Part shown: positions 9,401-18,641 of the stretch, one piece after another
How positions within the stretch are numbered: the stretch's first letter is position 1
Layout of the letters: the number at the start of each line of letters is the position of its first letter
Assembly: GCA_020846655.1 (NCBI GenBank)
Contig: JADLDL010000255.1
Span: 654-64,653 of the forward strand
Source: Saprospiraceae bacterium
GTDB lineage: Bacteria > Bacteroidota > Bacteroidia > Chitinophagales > Saprospiraceae
Length of the DNA: 64,000 nt
Reading direction: 5' to 3'
Made by a program: the position numbers and the translations under genes
The notes under the pieces: model-generated
The model's input: only the letters and a program-made list of their open reading frames with translations
Told to the model about the DNA's origin: nothing
The model's database searches: none

Positions 9401-12400
9401 AAACCACCACCACGGCCGGCAACTTGGCTGCCGGTATTTATACGGTAACCGTAACGGACAAAAACAACTGCGTGCGCACCCAAACCGCCACCGTCACAGA
9501 GCCGCCGGCTATCCAATTGAGCGTTGCTGGCACAAATGCCAGCTGCAACGGTTCCAGTACGGCCAGCGCTATCGCCTCCGCTTCCGGCGGAAATGGCGTG
9601 CTCAGTTACAAATGGAGCGATCCGGCCGGCCAAACTACCGCAACCGCCAGCAACCTCGCCGCCGGCACCTACACCGTCACGGTGACCGATGCCAATGGCT
9701 GCACCCGACAGAGTACGGTGGTGCTGACCCAGCCGGCCGCACTGACCCTTACGCCAACGGTTACTGCGGCGAGTTGTTTCGACGCCGCTTCCGGACAAAT
9801 TGATGTGCTTGCCCAAGGCGGCACCACTCCTTATACCTACAACTGGAGTTCCAGTGAAACCACCCCCGGCATCCAAAATAAACCCGCCGGCATATACACC
9901 GTTACGGTGACGGATGCCAATGGCTGCACCGGCACCAGCGTATCCACCATTACGCAGCCCGCAGACCTGGTCCTGTCCGCAACGCCCACCGCAGCCAAAT
10001 GTTTTGGCGCTGCCAGCGGCAGTGCAACAGCCTCCGCCACGGGTGGTACCAATCCTTTGCAATTCAACTGGAGCAATGGCCAGAACAATACCGCCACGAT
10101 TACCAACCTCGCGGCCGGCGCCTTTACCGTGACGGTTGTGGACGCGAAAGGCTGCACCAAATCTCTAAGCGTCAATGTCGGACAAGCCTCCCAACTCACG
10201 GCGACCACCACTGCGGTGGCGGTCACCTGTAATGGTTTGTCCAATGGCTCTGCCACTGTGGCACCGGCCGGCGGCACCACGCCATGTACCTATAAATGGA
10301 GCGACACCAATGGGCAAACCACTGCAACCGCCAGCAACCTCGCCGCTGGCACCTATACCGTCACCGTCACCGATTTTAACTTGTGTACCTTGACCCAAAC
10401 GGCTGTGATCACGGCGCCGCCCGCTATCGTGCTAAACGTCACCCGGATCAATGTCAGTTGCAATGCCCTTTCGGATGGAAGCGCCAGTGCAACGGCCTCG
10501 GGTGGCGCCGGCGGCTTGGTTTATCAATGGAGCGACCCGTCCGGCCAATCGACGCCTACCGCCACTAACCTTGCAGCAGGCACCTATACCGTGACGGTAA
10601 CGGATGCCAACGGCTGCACCAAGAGCAGTAGCATCACGGTGAATGAACCGCCTGCGCTAACATTGGCGCCTGTTGTTCAACAAGTTGCATGCTTTGGCGG
10701 CGCTACTGGCAGTATCCAGTTGAATGCACAAGGCGGCGCTACCCCCTACACTTACCAATGGAGTTCAGGTGAAAACACCGCCGGCATTCAAAACAAAATC
10801 GCTGGGCCATATTCGGCTACCGTGACCGACAACAATGGCTGCTCCAGCGTTTATCAAGGGCAGATCACAGAAAATACGGAGTTGTTGGTACAACCGTTTA
10901 AGAAAGATGTCCAATGTTTCGGCGCCGCAGATGGCTCCATTCAGTTGGCTATTTCTGGGGGCGCAGGCAGCTATACCATCAACTGGAGCGGCCCGGGGGG
11001 CTTTACTGGTTCCGGTCAAATCCTGAGCAACCTGGTTGCAGGTGCGTATAACGCTACCATTACCGATGGTGCTGGCTGCTCCAAAACGCAATCCGTCAAC
11101 CTTTCCCAGCCGGCGAGCGCCGTATTGGCCAGCCTGCCGGCAACCGCCGATACCATCTGTTTCGGCGGCAACAATGGATCGGCCATTGTCCTGGCGAGTG
11201 GCGGCACAACGCCATATGTGTATGCCTGGAGTGTGCCTGCTCAGACCAACCCCGGCATTTCGGGGCTCTCCGTAGGTGCGTATACCGTGACCGTCACCGA
11301 TGCCAACAATTGCACGAGCACAGCCTCCACCTTTATTTATCAAAAAGAACAAATTTTTGTCTGGACGGAGGCAGGCGCGGTCGACTGTTTTGGCAGCAAC
11401 AACGGCACCGCCAAGGTCACCCAGTTGTATTACGGGGCAACGCCCGCCAGCCTGACGGCATTTTCGTATGTGTGGAGCACGATTCCCGCTCAAAACACAG
11501 TAGAAGCCTTTGGCCTGCAAGCTACCCAAACGTATACCGTCACGGTGACCGACAACGCCGGTTGTTCGGGAACCCAAACCGTTACCATGGGGAATGCACC
11601 GATGGTCATTGCCAGTTTTGTAACGACGGCCAATCCCAAGTGTTTCAACGGCACAGATGGCCTGCTGCTGGTGCTGGGCAGCGGCGGCAGTTCGCCCTAC
11701 ACCTATACCTGGAGCCCTAATGTTGGCTCGGCAATAGATTCACTGGCGCAGGGACTAAGCGCCGGCGTGTACATGGTGACGGCTACCGACGCCAAAGGCT
11801 GTAGCGGCAGTTCCAGTATTACGCTGAGTCATCCGCCTGCTATTGATGTACATTTGGTAGCATCCAATGTGTTGTGTTTCGGTGAAAACAACGGAACTGC
11901 CACCGCACAAGCCAGCGGCGGCACGCCGGGTTATCAATACCAATGGTCGACGGGAGGCTCCGGGAGTAGTATCCAAAACGTGCCGGCCGGGATGCTCCAG
12001 GTGACCGTAACCGACAGCAATGGTTGCAGCCGCACTGAACAAGTAGAAGTTGAACAACCGGATACGCCCCTCGGCGGCGCCAGCACCCAGGAAGATGTGG
12101 CTTGTTTTGGCGGGTATACCGGTCAAATCCAGATTTCAGGTTCGGGCGGCACCCCACCCTACCGCTATTCGCTGAACAATGGTCCCTGGAACGGATCGTC
12201 CAAACAAATCGGCCTGAAAGCCGGCATCTATATCCCTCGTATTCAGGACAGTAAAGGGTGTATTGCTGAATTGGCGCCCGTAGAAATCCAGCAACTTCCC
12301 GCCTTGGTCCTGGATTTAGGGCCTAGTATTACGATTGAATTGGGCACGAATACGCAGTTGTTTGCCAGCGTACAAAACGCCAATGGCAATGTCCAATACT

Positions 12401-12846
12401 CCTGGAGTCCGGAAGACAGCCTTTGGCTGAGTTGCCTGGATTGCCCGAATCCGTTTGTGGATTCACTGTTTGTAGAAAACTGGTTTACTCTGTCGGTGGA
12501 GGACGAACTCGGTTGTCAGGCCAAGGACCAGGTACTGGTGATTGTGGAAAAACCGCGCAAGGTGTTTGTTCCAACCGGCTTTTCACCCAACAGCGATGGA
12601 AACAACGACGCGCTGTTCCCGCATGGGCAACACACCGCCCGAATGCTTTCGTTTCAGGTATTTGACCGTTGGGGGGAATTGTTGTTCCAGTCCAACAACT
12701 TCATGCTGAATGACCCCGCCAGCGGTTGGGATGGCCGTTTCAGGGGCGAAGACATGAACCCGGGCGTATACGTCTGGGTGCTTGAAGTGGAATATCTGGA
12801 TGGTGTGCGGGAGGTATTGAAAGGCAATACGACGCTGATCCGCTAA
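6457..12846 (+). CDS. 2129-aa secreted adhesin-like T9SS cargo with multiple domains
   Basis: A single uninterrupted ORF. Domain order: signal peptide; choice-of-anchor-L-like domain (LISNIFLGDGVEVTNITYKG...GIIMTSG); Calx-beta-like module (GTATNGLDYQ...VAFEDNLSESNEYL); P-domain (NINHAWVDDLDLYLVSPGG...GAWKLQLIDDQNGIVGTLTDWSITF); Fn3-like module; 16 SprB-type repeats; type-B (gliding-motility/CHU_C) C-terminal domain (VFVPTGFSPNSDGNNDALFP...FDRWGELLF...GWDGRFRG...VYVWVLEV). Confidence 0.9.
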   Translation: MNCTKSTLCLPLWTGLFLLTLSQVSFGQTLQAYDANSAPFTPENLISNIFLGDGVEVTNITYKGDPVSVGYFTGGMQAVGIERGIIMTSGRVETGNVLLNEYGVAELGQETSTAMINSFPQSDPDLASVTSGVLFDNTIYTITFIPISDTLRFRYSFASEEYPEYVCSQFNDVFGFFIQGPGYPVPTNIALIPNTNMPVAINNLHPLVLMPALGTGPCAAINAQYYLDNDLTQKQPCFDGITQVFTAEAIVVPCQTYTIKLAISDVGDWALDSGVFLEAKSFGTGNLRAELATPGLDGTVTEGCASGMLSFKLPTPATQDFPLDYKILGTATNGLDYQTIPANLFIAQGSTSVSVPIVAFEDNLSESNEYLAIDVRRDPCHRDTILIFLRDNTIQGPDLLKDTARCLGAASLSLNGTLPVPVPQPPSFSNATDLSISPVNTTLSSTVNVFGVFPTVLQPGMIRSVCVNINHAWVDDLDLYLVSPGGQFLELMTDCGANGKNFTNTCFTPLAPQKIGQATAVQAPFTGNWQPEGLWSDLWSGLSPVNGAWKLQLIDDQNGIVGTLTDWSITFEPLYEINYQWTPGTGLSCPSCPLTDATPAASTTYTLQATDSYGCQVRDSVRVQVGQSLSAPALTCGNSTNDNISFDWTAVAGASGYEVSINGGPWLASSGSNSHLVDGLNPGAQVTLAVRATGGSSAFCPALVASAVCSNCKPPLVGKTEKPETWSGIGNGSVTLTTDNANPPYTFQLNAQTNTTGIFTNLLAGNYTATITDNSGCETLVAVGIGSSTLVVTITPTNVTCFAGDDGKAAATVTGGVLPLTFKWSDAAGQTIPTAVNLKAGTYTVTVTGADGCVGTASVTLTQPPDIVIFVTASPAKCFGDSTGSATVTVQGGVAPLQYAWSNGQTGPMAVNLPAGSYAITVTDAKLCAKTSFALIGQPTQIQANATTNAVTCNGLSNGSATVTASGGIPPLTYKWSDPAGQTTTTAGNLAAGIYTVTVTDKNNCVRTQTATVTEPPAIQLSVAGTNASCNGSSTASAIASASGGNGVLSYKWSDPAGQTTATASNLAAGTYTVTVTDANGCTRQSTVVLTQPAALTLTPTVTAASCFDAASGQIDVLAQGGTTPYTYNWSSSETTPGIQNKPAGIYTVTVTDANGCTGTSVSTITQPADLVLSATPTAAKCFGAASGSATASATGGTNPLQFNWSNGQNNTATITNLAAGAFTVTVVDAKGCTKSLSVNVGQASQLTATTTAVAVTCNGLSNGSATVAPAGGTTPCTYKWSDTNGQTTATASNLAAGTYTVTVTDFNLCTLTQTAVITAPPAIVLNVTRINVSCNALSDGSASATASGGAGGLVYQWSDPSGQSTPTATNLAAGTYTVTVTDANGCTKSSSITVNEPPALTLAPVVQQVACFGGATGSIQLNAQGGATPYTYQWSSGENTAGIQNKIAGPYSATVTDNNGCSSVYQGQITENTELLVQPFKKDVQCFGAADGSIQLAISGGAGSYTINWSGPGGFTGSGQILSNLVAGAYNATITDGAGCSKTQSVNLSQPASAVLASLPATADTICFGGNNGSAIVLASGGTTPYVYAWSVPAQTNPGISGLSVGAYTVTVTDANNCTSTASTFIYQKEQIFVWTEAGAVDCFGSNNGTAKVTQLYYGATPASLTAFSYVWSTIPAQNTVEAFGLQATQTYTVTVTDNAGCSGTQTVTMGNAPMVIASFVTTANPKCFNGTDGLLLVLGSGGSSPYTYTWSPNVGSAIDSLAQGLSAGVYMVTATDAKGCSGSSSITLSHPPAIDVHLVASNVLCFGENNGTATAQASGGTPGYQYQWSTGGSGSSIQNVPAGMLQVTVTDSNGCSRTEQVEVEQPDTPLGGASTQEDVACFGGYTGQIQISGSGGTPPYRYSLNNGPWNGSSKQIGLKAGIYIPRIQDSKGCIAELAPVEIQQLPALVLDLGPSITIELGTNTQLFASVQNANGNVQYSWSPEDSLWLSCLDCPNPFVDSLFVENWFTLSVEDELGCQAKDQVLVIVEKPRKVFVPTGFSPNSDGNNDALFPHGQHTARMLSFQVFDRWGELLFQSNNFMLNDPASGWDGRFRGEDMNPGVYVWVLEVEYLDGVREVLKGNTTLIR
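8626..12295 (+). repeat. 16 tandem in-frame SprB-type repeats (~76 aa / ~229 nt period) inside the adhesin gene
   Basis: The recurrent pattern is C-(F/N)-G-x-x-(N/D/T)-G-S-A-x-x-x-x-x-G-G-x-x-P-(Y/L)-x-(Y/F)-x-W-S ... NL-x-AG-x-YTVTVTD-x-NGC, which I counted 16 times. Some units are about 80 % identical at DNA level by eye, for example around 9360-9480, 9590-9710 and 10280-10390. Confidence 0.8.
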
Positions 12847-12862
12847 TCGGCGGCGGGACATG

Positions 12863-12910
12863 GCGGGGATTTTACTTCGGAGTTGCGAAGCAAAATCCCC
12901 GCTTTTTATT
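12863..12910 (+). terminator. rho-independent terminator of the adhesin gene
   Basis: The stem GCGGGGATTTT(a)CTTCG / CGAAG(c)AAAATCCCCGC spans 12863-12902 with a 6-nt loop. It is followed by TTTTTATTTT and starts 17 nt after the stop codon. Confidence 0.7.
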
Positions 12911-14324
12911 TTCCTCTGCCCTGCAAAAGAACCAGGACCGTGTAAAACATGATCTTGAAATCGAGGGCCAGCGACATGTTTTCAATATACAACAAATCGA
13001 AGCGGAGCCGCTGGAGCATTTCACTGACCGTAGACGCATAGCCGTATTTTACCTGTCCCCAGGACGTAATGCCGGGCCGGACTTTGAGCAAATGCCGGTA
13101 ATGTGGGTTCTGCTGGATAATTTGATCGATAAAATGCTTGCGTTCGGGGCGGGGTCCTACCAGCGACATATCGCCGCGCAGTACATTCCAAAAATTAGGA
13201 ATCTCGTCCAGTCGCCATTTGCGCATAATCGCGCCAAAGGGCGTGCAGCGCGGGTCATTCTCGTGCGACAACTGCGGCCCGGCCTCCTCTGCATTGGTGT
13301 ACATCGACCTGAATTTGAAGATCGTAAAGGGTTTGCCGTGTTGGCCCAGGCGCTCCTGCCTGAAAATAATCGGCCCGCTGGAGGACCAGCGCACCCGTAA
13401 GGCGATGTACAACAACAAGGGCGACAACAGGATCAGTACCACAGCACTGGCTGTCACATCGAGAAGCCGTTTGACGCCCCACTGCCATTTGGGCATCAGT
13501 TCCTGCCTGATTTCAATTAAGACCGCCCCATACACATGGTTCATTTTCACGGTACCCAGCAGGATATCGTACATGTCCGGTATAATTTTCACCAACACCT
13601 GTTCGCCGAAATCAAACAGCGAGTTCAGGATTTCGCGCAGGCGGTTGTGTTCCGAGGTTTCAATGGCGATAATGACTTCTTCCACCTGCTGGTCGCGAAT
13701 AATCTGGCTAAGGTCTTCCAGTGCACCCAGTTTGGGCAAATGGGCCCCCAGCAGTTGTGTGCCACCATTGGTATCAATATAACCGATAAACTTGTTGCCC
13801 AGGCTTTTTTTCCGGCCGCTGATATCGAGGTAGAGGTCCAGCGCATTTTGGTTGCCGCCAATCAGGAGTGTATTAAACGAAACCACCCCTGCTTTCAGCC
13901 GCCGGCTGGCCCGGGTGAGCAAAATCATCCGGGAAGTCGAGGTCAGGAAATAATGCAGGGCAAACAGGACCAAAAAGGACTGGTAGTAGGTCCGGTAATC
14001 GCTCACGACATCGTCGAGGATGAGCGTAAAAAAGAGAAACAGCACCCCCAGAAAGGACAGGAAGAAATTGCGCGTCAGGGTCGAGAGCCGCGACAAGCGG
14101 TACACATCGGCGTAATGGTCAAAAATAGCGTACAGCAAGGCCCAACCGGTTGGGACGATCAGCACACCTCCGTACAGTTTTGGATCTTCCAACAGCGCCC
14201 AGGAGATAAGGGCGCCTTCCATTTTTTTTCGAAACAAAAAAAACAGGACCCAGGCGAGCATAGCCATCACAAAATCGGCTACTCCGTACAGAAAGGTATC
14301 GCGTTGGCGTTGTTCGCGCGACAA
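12906..14324 (-). CDS. polyprenyl-phosphate hexose-1-phosphate transferase (bacterial sugar transferase / WcaJ-like)
   Basis: 472 aa. It has N-terminal TM helices, a central Rossmann-like region, and a C-terminal bacterial sugar transferase domain (PIIFRQERLG...FKFRSM...RLDEIPNFWNVLRGDMSLVGPRPE). Confidence 0.85.
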   Translation of the reverse strand: MSREQRQRDTFLYGVADFVMAMLAWVLFFLFRKKMEGALISWALLEDPKLYGGVLIVPTGWALLYAIFDHYADVYRLSRLSTLTRNFFLSFLGVLFLFFTLILDDVVSDYRTYYQSFLVLFALHYFLTSTSRMILLTRASRRLKAGVVSFNTLLIGGNQNALDLYLDISGRKKSLGNKFIGYIDTNGGTQLLGAHLPKLGALEDLSQIIRDQQVEEVIIAIETSEHNRLREILNSLFDFGEQVLVKIIPDMYDILLGTVKMNHVYGAVLIEIRQELMPKWQWGVKRLLDVTASAVVLILLSPLLLYIALRVRWSSSGPIIFRQERLGQHGKPFTIFKFRSMYTNAEEAGPQLSHENDPRCTPFGAIMRKWRLDEIPNFWNVLRGDMSLVGPRPERKHFIDQIIQQNPHYRHLLKVRPGITSWGQVKYGYASTVSEMLQRLRFDLLYIENMSLALDFKIMFYTVLVLLQGRGK

Positions 14325-14356
14325 GTTGGTTCAATTAGTGTGGTGAAAAAAACGGG

Positions 14357-15220
14357 TTAATAGTAAATCAGCCGCACGTTGTCCAGCAACACCGTACCGG
14401 TGGGTTGGGTATACTTCCCGGATTGGTCCTGGGGCAAGGTACATCGAAAAAACAAACGGTATTGGTCCTGCTTGAGCGTGATTAAAAAACTGGTCAGGTT
14501 CAGGTAGATTTTATTCCATTCGGCGGATGGTGCAAACTGGTATACCGCCTGCGACACTTCGTTGGTCGTGCCAGTTTTACCCAACAACCACACCTGGAAA
14601 GGCATATCGCACTGGTAATTCATTTCGAGCCACACCGGACGCTCGTCGGTGCCCGGCAGGTCAGAGACCAATTCTGTAGCGATTTCCAACACGGGGTGGG
14701 CTTCTTCGACGGCCAGTTTGAGCGAACGGCCCGAAAAGGCGCCGTCCGTAGTAAACGTAAAGGTTGTTGCGGTGTCGGCATCGCGGTTTTCCAGAACAAT
14801 CGAAGAGTTGTCAAAACTACTTTTCGCCAGGGTCCAGGGGAAAACGACGTTGGCGGAGTATGCCGTGCTGGGAGTCAGCGTCGTTGTTTCAGCCGGTGTG
14901 AACGTAGCCTTGGTCTCGTAGCGGGTCATCAGGGGGTAAACGGAAGGCGTTTGGGTGAGGCCGTTTTCCCGGACGCCCGGAAAAATCAGGATGGAGGACT
15001 CGCCTTCTGCCAGTACCGGCACCGTAGCCGGCAGCGTGTAGCCTCCGATCAGGTCGTTGTCGACATAGATCCAGGCTTCCGTTAGTTTTTGCCAGGCCGC
15101 GCCACCATCGGCGTTGACCGTAAAGGGCTCAATGCGGACGTAGGCAGGGATTGGCTCGGCGGTATCGGAACAGCCCGCCACGACGAACAGGCAAAGCAGC
15201 CCAAAAAGAGGTTGTTTCAT
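14357..15220 (-). CDS. hypothetical lipoprotein
   Basis: 287 aa. It has a lipoprotein signal (MKQPLFGLLCLFVVAGCSD). I recognise no family. Confidence 0.6.
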   Translation of the reverse strand: MKQPLFGLLCLFVVAGCSDTAEPIPAYVRIEPFTVNADGGAAWQKLTEAWIYVDNDLIGGYTLPATVPVLAEGESSILIFPGVRENGLTQTPSVYPLMTRYETKATFTPAETTTLTPSTAYSANVVFPWTLAKSSFDNSSIVLENRDADTATTFTFTTDGAFSGRSLKLAVEEAHPVLEIATELVSDLPGTDERPVWLEMNYQCDMPFQVWLLGKTGTTNEVSQAVYQFAPSAEWNKIYLNLTSFLITLKQDQYRLFFRCTLPQDQSGKYTQPTGTVLLDNVRLIYY

Positions 15221-15311
15221 GTGTTATTTGTTTCGGTTAACATTGCTTGAGGCCAACATAACGTTTCAGGTCGCCCGATCGCTCCTTTTGCCTCCAACAA
15301 GACTGCAAAGT

Positions 15312-16613
15312 TTATTTGGCCCGCATATAAATTTCAATCGGCGAACCCGAAAAATTGTACCGCTTCCGCAATTGGTTTTCCAGGAACTGCACGTAGGTAT
15401 CGCGCACCCAATTGGGGTTATTGACAAAGAACGCAAATGCCGGGAACGGGGTTGGGAGTTGGGTCACATATTTGAACTTCGGGTAGCGGCCTTTGACCGA
15501 AGGCGGCGGCATTTGTTCAATGACCTCGAGCATGACGTCGTTCAGTTCGGAGGTTTTGATGCGCCGGGTTCGGTTGGCGTAGACTTCGAGGGCCAGTTCT
15601 ACCGCCTGAAAAATCCGTTGTTTTTCCAGAACGGAAATAAACAAAATAGGGACGTCGTCAAAAGGCGCCATTTTAGCCTTGATGGCTTTCTCGTAGTCCC
15701 TGGCGGTGTTCGTGTCCTTGTGGATCAAGTCCCATTTGTTGACCAAAACAACAATGCCCTTGTGCCGTTTTTGCGCCAGGCGCATAATATTCATATCCTG
15801 CGACTCGATGCCCTGCTCGGCATCCAGCACCAGCAGGCAAACATCGGCCTCCTCGACGGCACGGATAGCGCGCATGACGGAGTAAAACTCCAGGTCTTCC
15901 TCCACCTTGGTTTTCTTGCGAATGCCGGCGGTGTCGATCAGGATAAATTCCTTGCCGAATTTATTGTAGTGCGAGTGGATCGGGTCGCGGGTGGTGCCGG
16001 CTACGGGAGTCACGATGTTCCGTTCTTCTCCCAGCAATGCATTCGTCAGCGACGATTTCCCGACGTTGGGCCGCCCGACGATGGCAAATTTGGGAAACTC
16101 GGACTCCATTTCAGGCGCATTCTCGATGTGTTCCACCACAGCATCGAGCAATTCGCCCGTGCCGCTGCCGCTGATGGAGGCGACAAAAAAAGTGGATTCG
16201 AAGCCCAGGCTCCAAAATTCATTGGCTTCCATGAGCCGTTTGTGGTTGTCGACCTTATTGACGACCAGAAAAACCGGCTTTTTTGAGCGGCGCAGGAGTT
16301 TGGATAATTCCTCATCCAGGTCCGTGACACCGGTTTGAGTATCTACCATAAATAAAATAACGGCGGCCTCCTCCATGGCAATACGCGCCTGGTCCCGGAT
16401 CGCGGCTTCAAATACATCGGAAGATCCATGTACGAAACCGCCAGTATCGACGACGGTAAAGCGTTTGCCGTTCCATTCACAAAAACCATATTTCCGGTCG
16501 CGTGTAACACCCGAAAAGTCATCTGTAATGGCATCTCTAAACCCCACCAGGCGGTTGTACAGGGTGGATTTGCCGACGTTGGGCCGGCCTACTATTGCGA
16601 CTATGTTTCCCAT
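15312..16613 (-). CDS. der: ribosome-associated GTPase Der (EngA)
   Basis: ORF 15312..16670. It has two tandem G domains (GRPNVGKSTLYNRL and GRPNVGKSSLTNAL) plus a KH-like C-terminus. I set the start at MGNIVAIVGRPNVGKS (CAT at 16611-16613). Confidence 0.9.
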   Translation of the reverse strand: MGNIVAIVGRPNVGKSTLYNRLVGFRDAITDDFSGVTRDRKYGFCEWNGKRFTVVDTGGFVHGSSDVFEAAIRDQARIAMEEAAVILFMVDTQTGVTDLDEELSKLLRRSKKPVFLVVNKVDNHKRLMEANEFWSLGFESTFFVASISGSGTGELLDAVVEHIENAPEMESEFPKFAIVGRPNVGKSSLTNALLGEERNIVTPVAGTTRDPIHSHYNKFGKEFILIDTAGIRKKTKVEEDLEFYSVMRAIRAVEEADVCLLVLDAEQGIESQDMNIMRLAQKRHKGIVVLVNKWDLIHKDTNTARDYEKAIKAKMAPFDDVPILFISVLEKQRIFQAVELALEVYANRTRRIKTSELNDVMLEVIEQMPPPSVKGRYPKFKYVTQLPTPFPAFAFFVNNPNWVRDTYVQFLENQLRKRYNFSGSPIEIYMRAK

Positions 16614-16741
16614 TTTGTTGTAGGTATTTTGGCTCGGGGGGCAGGTTTGCGTACATTTGTCCGAAACCAAAAGCGCCGCAAAGGTAGAGATTTTCCCGGC
16701 AGTTCAGCATTGCTAGTTAACCCTTCATTCAAAGAGCCACT

Positions 16742-17680
16742 ATGGGCAAGATTATTTACAGAGACCCAAACGTCACGATTTTTCAAAGCGCCTTGTACCA
16801 AACCAACTCTACGGTGGTCAAAACCGACGATGTGGTGATGGTCGTCGACCCGGCCTGGTTGCCCGATGAGGTGGCGGATATTCGGCAGTACGTGGAGTCT
16901 ATTCGCGGGAAAAGAAGCCTTTTTCTGATGTTTACCCACTCCGATTTTGACCATATCGTTGGTTACCGGGCCTTCGCGGCGGACAAAGTGTTTACCACAG
17001 AAGCCCTGATCAGCAACCCCGCGAAAGAGGAGATTTTGCAGCAACTGATTGATTTTGACCAACAGCATTATATCCAGCGCAGTTATCCGCTCGAATACCC
17101 CGAAGGTGATTTTCAGGTGTACCGCGACGGCGTACAATTTCGGCACGGCAATACCAAAATGGCGTTTTACCTGACGCCCGGGCATACTGCCGACAGTATG
17201 ATGGTGGTTGTTTGGCAACTGGGACTGTGCATTGCGGGCGATTACTTGTCCAATATCGAATTCCCGTTTATTTACCACAACAGTGTGGCCTACGAGCAGA
17301 CCCTGGAGAAAATGCCGCGCATTCACGACCGCAACTGGTTCACACGCCTGGTGCCGGGCCACGGCGATCCCGCCCTGACCATCACCGACTGGCTGCACCG
17401 CCGCACCGAAAGCCTGGCCTATATTTATGCCTTGCGCGAAAGTGTGGCGACCGGGCGGCCATTCGACCTTGATGCCTTATGGAAACGCTATTCTTTCCCG
17501 CGTGCATTGGCCAAAGAACACGAAAACAACCTGGCGCTACTGCAAAAGGAATACGCCGCCGGCCTGTGGCAATGGGACCCTGAACTGGTCATGATGCCGC
17601 CTAAGGAACCCCTGGTGCTGGGCAGCGGGCTCTACAAGCCGGAAATTGTGCGGGAGCAGGAAGAGGAGGAAGAAGAATAA
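16742..17680 (+). CDS. MBL-fold metallo-hydrolase with poly-Glu tail
   Basis: 312 aa. It has a THSDFDH metal-binding-like motif and later His/Asp residues (TPGHTADS, VPGHG). The C-terminus is EQEEEEEE. Confidence 0.7.
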   Translation: MGKIIYRDPNVTIFQSALYQTNSTVVKTDDVVMVVDPAWLPDEVADIRQYVESIRGKRSLFLMFTHSDFDHIVGYRAFAADKVFTTEALISNPAKEEILQQLIDFDQQHYIQRSYPLEYPEGDFQVYRDGVQFRHGNTKMAFYLTPGHTADSMMVVVWQLGLCIAGDYLSNIEFPFIYHNSVAYEQTLEKMPRIHDRNWFTRLVPGHGDPALTITDWLHRRTESLAYIYALRESVATGRPFDLDALWKRYSFPRALAKEHENNLALLQKEYAAGLWQWDPELVMMPPKEPLVLGSGLYKPEIVREQEEEEEE

Positions 17681-17723
17681 AAAAGAAGTGGCACACCCAA
17701 CCAGCAGGTGTGCCACTTCTTTT
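17681..17723. terminator. bidirectional rho-independent terminator between convergent genes
   Basis: A 17-bp perfect stem, AAAAGAAGTGGCACACC (17681-17697) / GGTGTGCCACTTCTTTT (17707-17723), with a 9-nt loop. A- and T-tracts on both sides give a U-tail in either direction. Confidence 0.75.
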
Positions 17724-17743
17724 TTATGTAGCCTTCGGAAATA

Positions 17744-18460
17744 CTATTCCGACATGTCCATCGTGTGGAACACGTTGAGCACGTCGTCGTCTTCTTCGAG
17801 CCGGTCGATGAGTTTGATCAATTGTTCCACTTCAGAATCGTTCAGTTTTTTGGTCAGCGTGGGAATCCATTCCAATTGCGAACTGGTGGTTTCCAGGCCT
17901 TTGTCTTCCAGGGCTTTTTGCATGGAGCCAAAATCCTTGAAATCGGTGAACAGCACCACCTCTTCGTCTTCGCGGCGGATTTCTTCCAGACCGGCGTCGA
18001 TCAACTCGAGTTCGAGTTCGTCCCAGTCGCGGCCTTCTGCATTTAGTTTAAAAACGCCTTTGTGGTTGAACATATAGCTCACGCTGCCCGACACGCCCAT
18101 GCTGCCGCCGCCGCGGTCAAAGTGCATCCGCACGTTGGCTACGGTACGGGTAGGGTTGTCGGTAGCCGTTTCGACCAAAATAGCGACGCCATGGGGGCCG
18201 TAGCCTTCGTAGACGATCTCCTGGAAGTTTTCAGCATCCTTGCCGGAAGCCTTTTTGATGGCGTTTTCCACGTTGGTTTTGGGCATATTGGCCGCTTTGG
18301 CATTCTGCACGGCAATTCGCAAACGCGGGTTGTAGTCGGGGTTGACCCCTCCGGATTTAACAGCAAGCGCGATCTCGCGACCGATACGCGTAAACGTTTT
18401 GGCCATTCCCGCCCAACGCTTAAATTTTCTTTCCTTGCGGAATTCAAACGCACGTCCCAT
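17744..18460 (-). CDS. yebC: YebC/PmpR family DNA-binding transcriptional regulator
   Basis: 238 aa. The N-terminus MGRAFEFRKERKFKRWAGMAKTFTRIGREI...NPRLR...A.NMPK is characteristic of YebC. Confidence 0.9.
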   Translation of the reverse strand: MGRAFEFRKERKFKRWAGMAKTFTRIGREIALAVKSGGVNPDYNPRLRIAVQNAKAANMPKTNVENAIKKASGKDAENFQEIVYEGYGPHGVAILVETATDNPTRTVANVRMHFDRGGGSMGVSGSVSYMFNHKGVFKLNAEGRDWDELELELIDAGLEEIRREDEEVVLFTDFKDFGSMQKALEDKGLETTSSQLEWIPTLTKKLNDSEVEQLIKLIDRLEEDDDVLNVFHTMDMSE

Positions 18461-18641
18461 GTAAAAGTTGAATTAAATGGTTAAACAGATAAAGGGGCAT
18501 TCCCGCTTCTTTACCTCGAAAAGCGCGCAAAAGTAGACATTTTACTGACAACAAAAAAAAGAGGCCGCCCGGGTATTGGAAGAAAAATTTGGCATGAATC
18601 CTGCATCTTTGCGCCAACAATTCAACATAATATCCTTTCCC

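Noticed and set aside
8626-12295. A regular ~229-nt periodicity that could superficially suggest a repeat-spacer (CRISPR-like) or satellite array.
   Set aside because: The period is far too long, the units are in-frame inside one uninterrupted ORF, and they translate to SprB-type protein repeats. There are no short direct repeats with unique spacers.
15219-16286. A 355-aa + strand ORF, plus 16601-17398 (minus), 35030-35872 (minus) and 37774-38784 (minus).
   Set aside because: They are antisense to der, the MBL hydrolase, the nucleotidyltransferase and the THUMP methyltransferase respectively. The sense genes have canonical motifs, so these are shadows.
17656-17680. A poly-Glu tail (EQEEEEEE) with a GAA/GAG-rich DNA run at the end of the MBL hydrolase gene.
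   Set aside because: This is a short low-complexity tail. There is no evidence for a repeat-mediated or regulatory role, and it is immediately followed by a normal terminator.
18461-18641. A possible cobalamin riboswitch upstream of the operon containing the adenosyltransferase.
   Set aside because: I looked for a B12-box-like element and the usual GC-rich helices and found none. The region is a plain AT-rich spacer with an A8 run.
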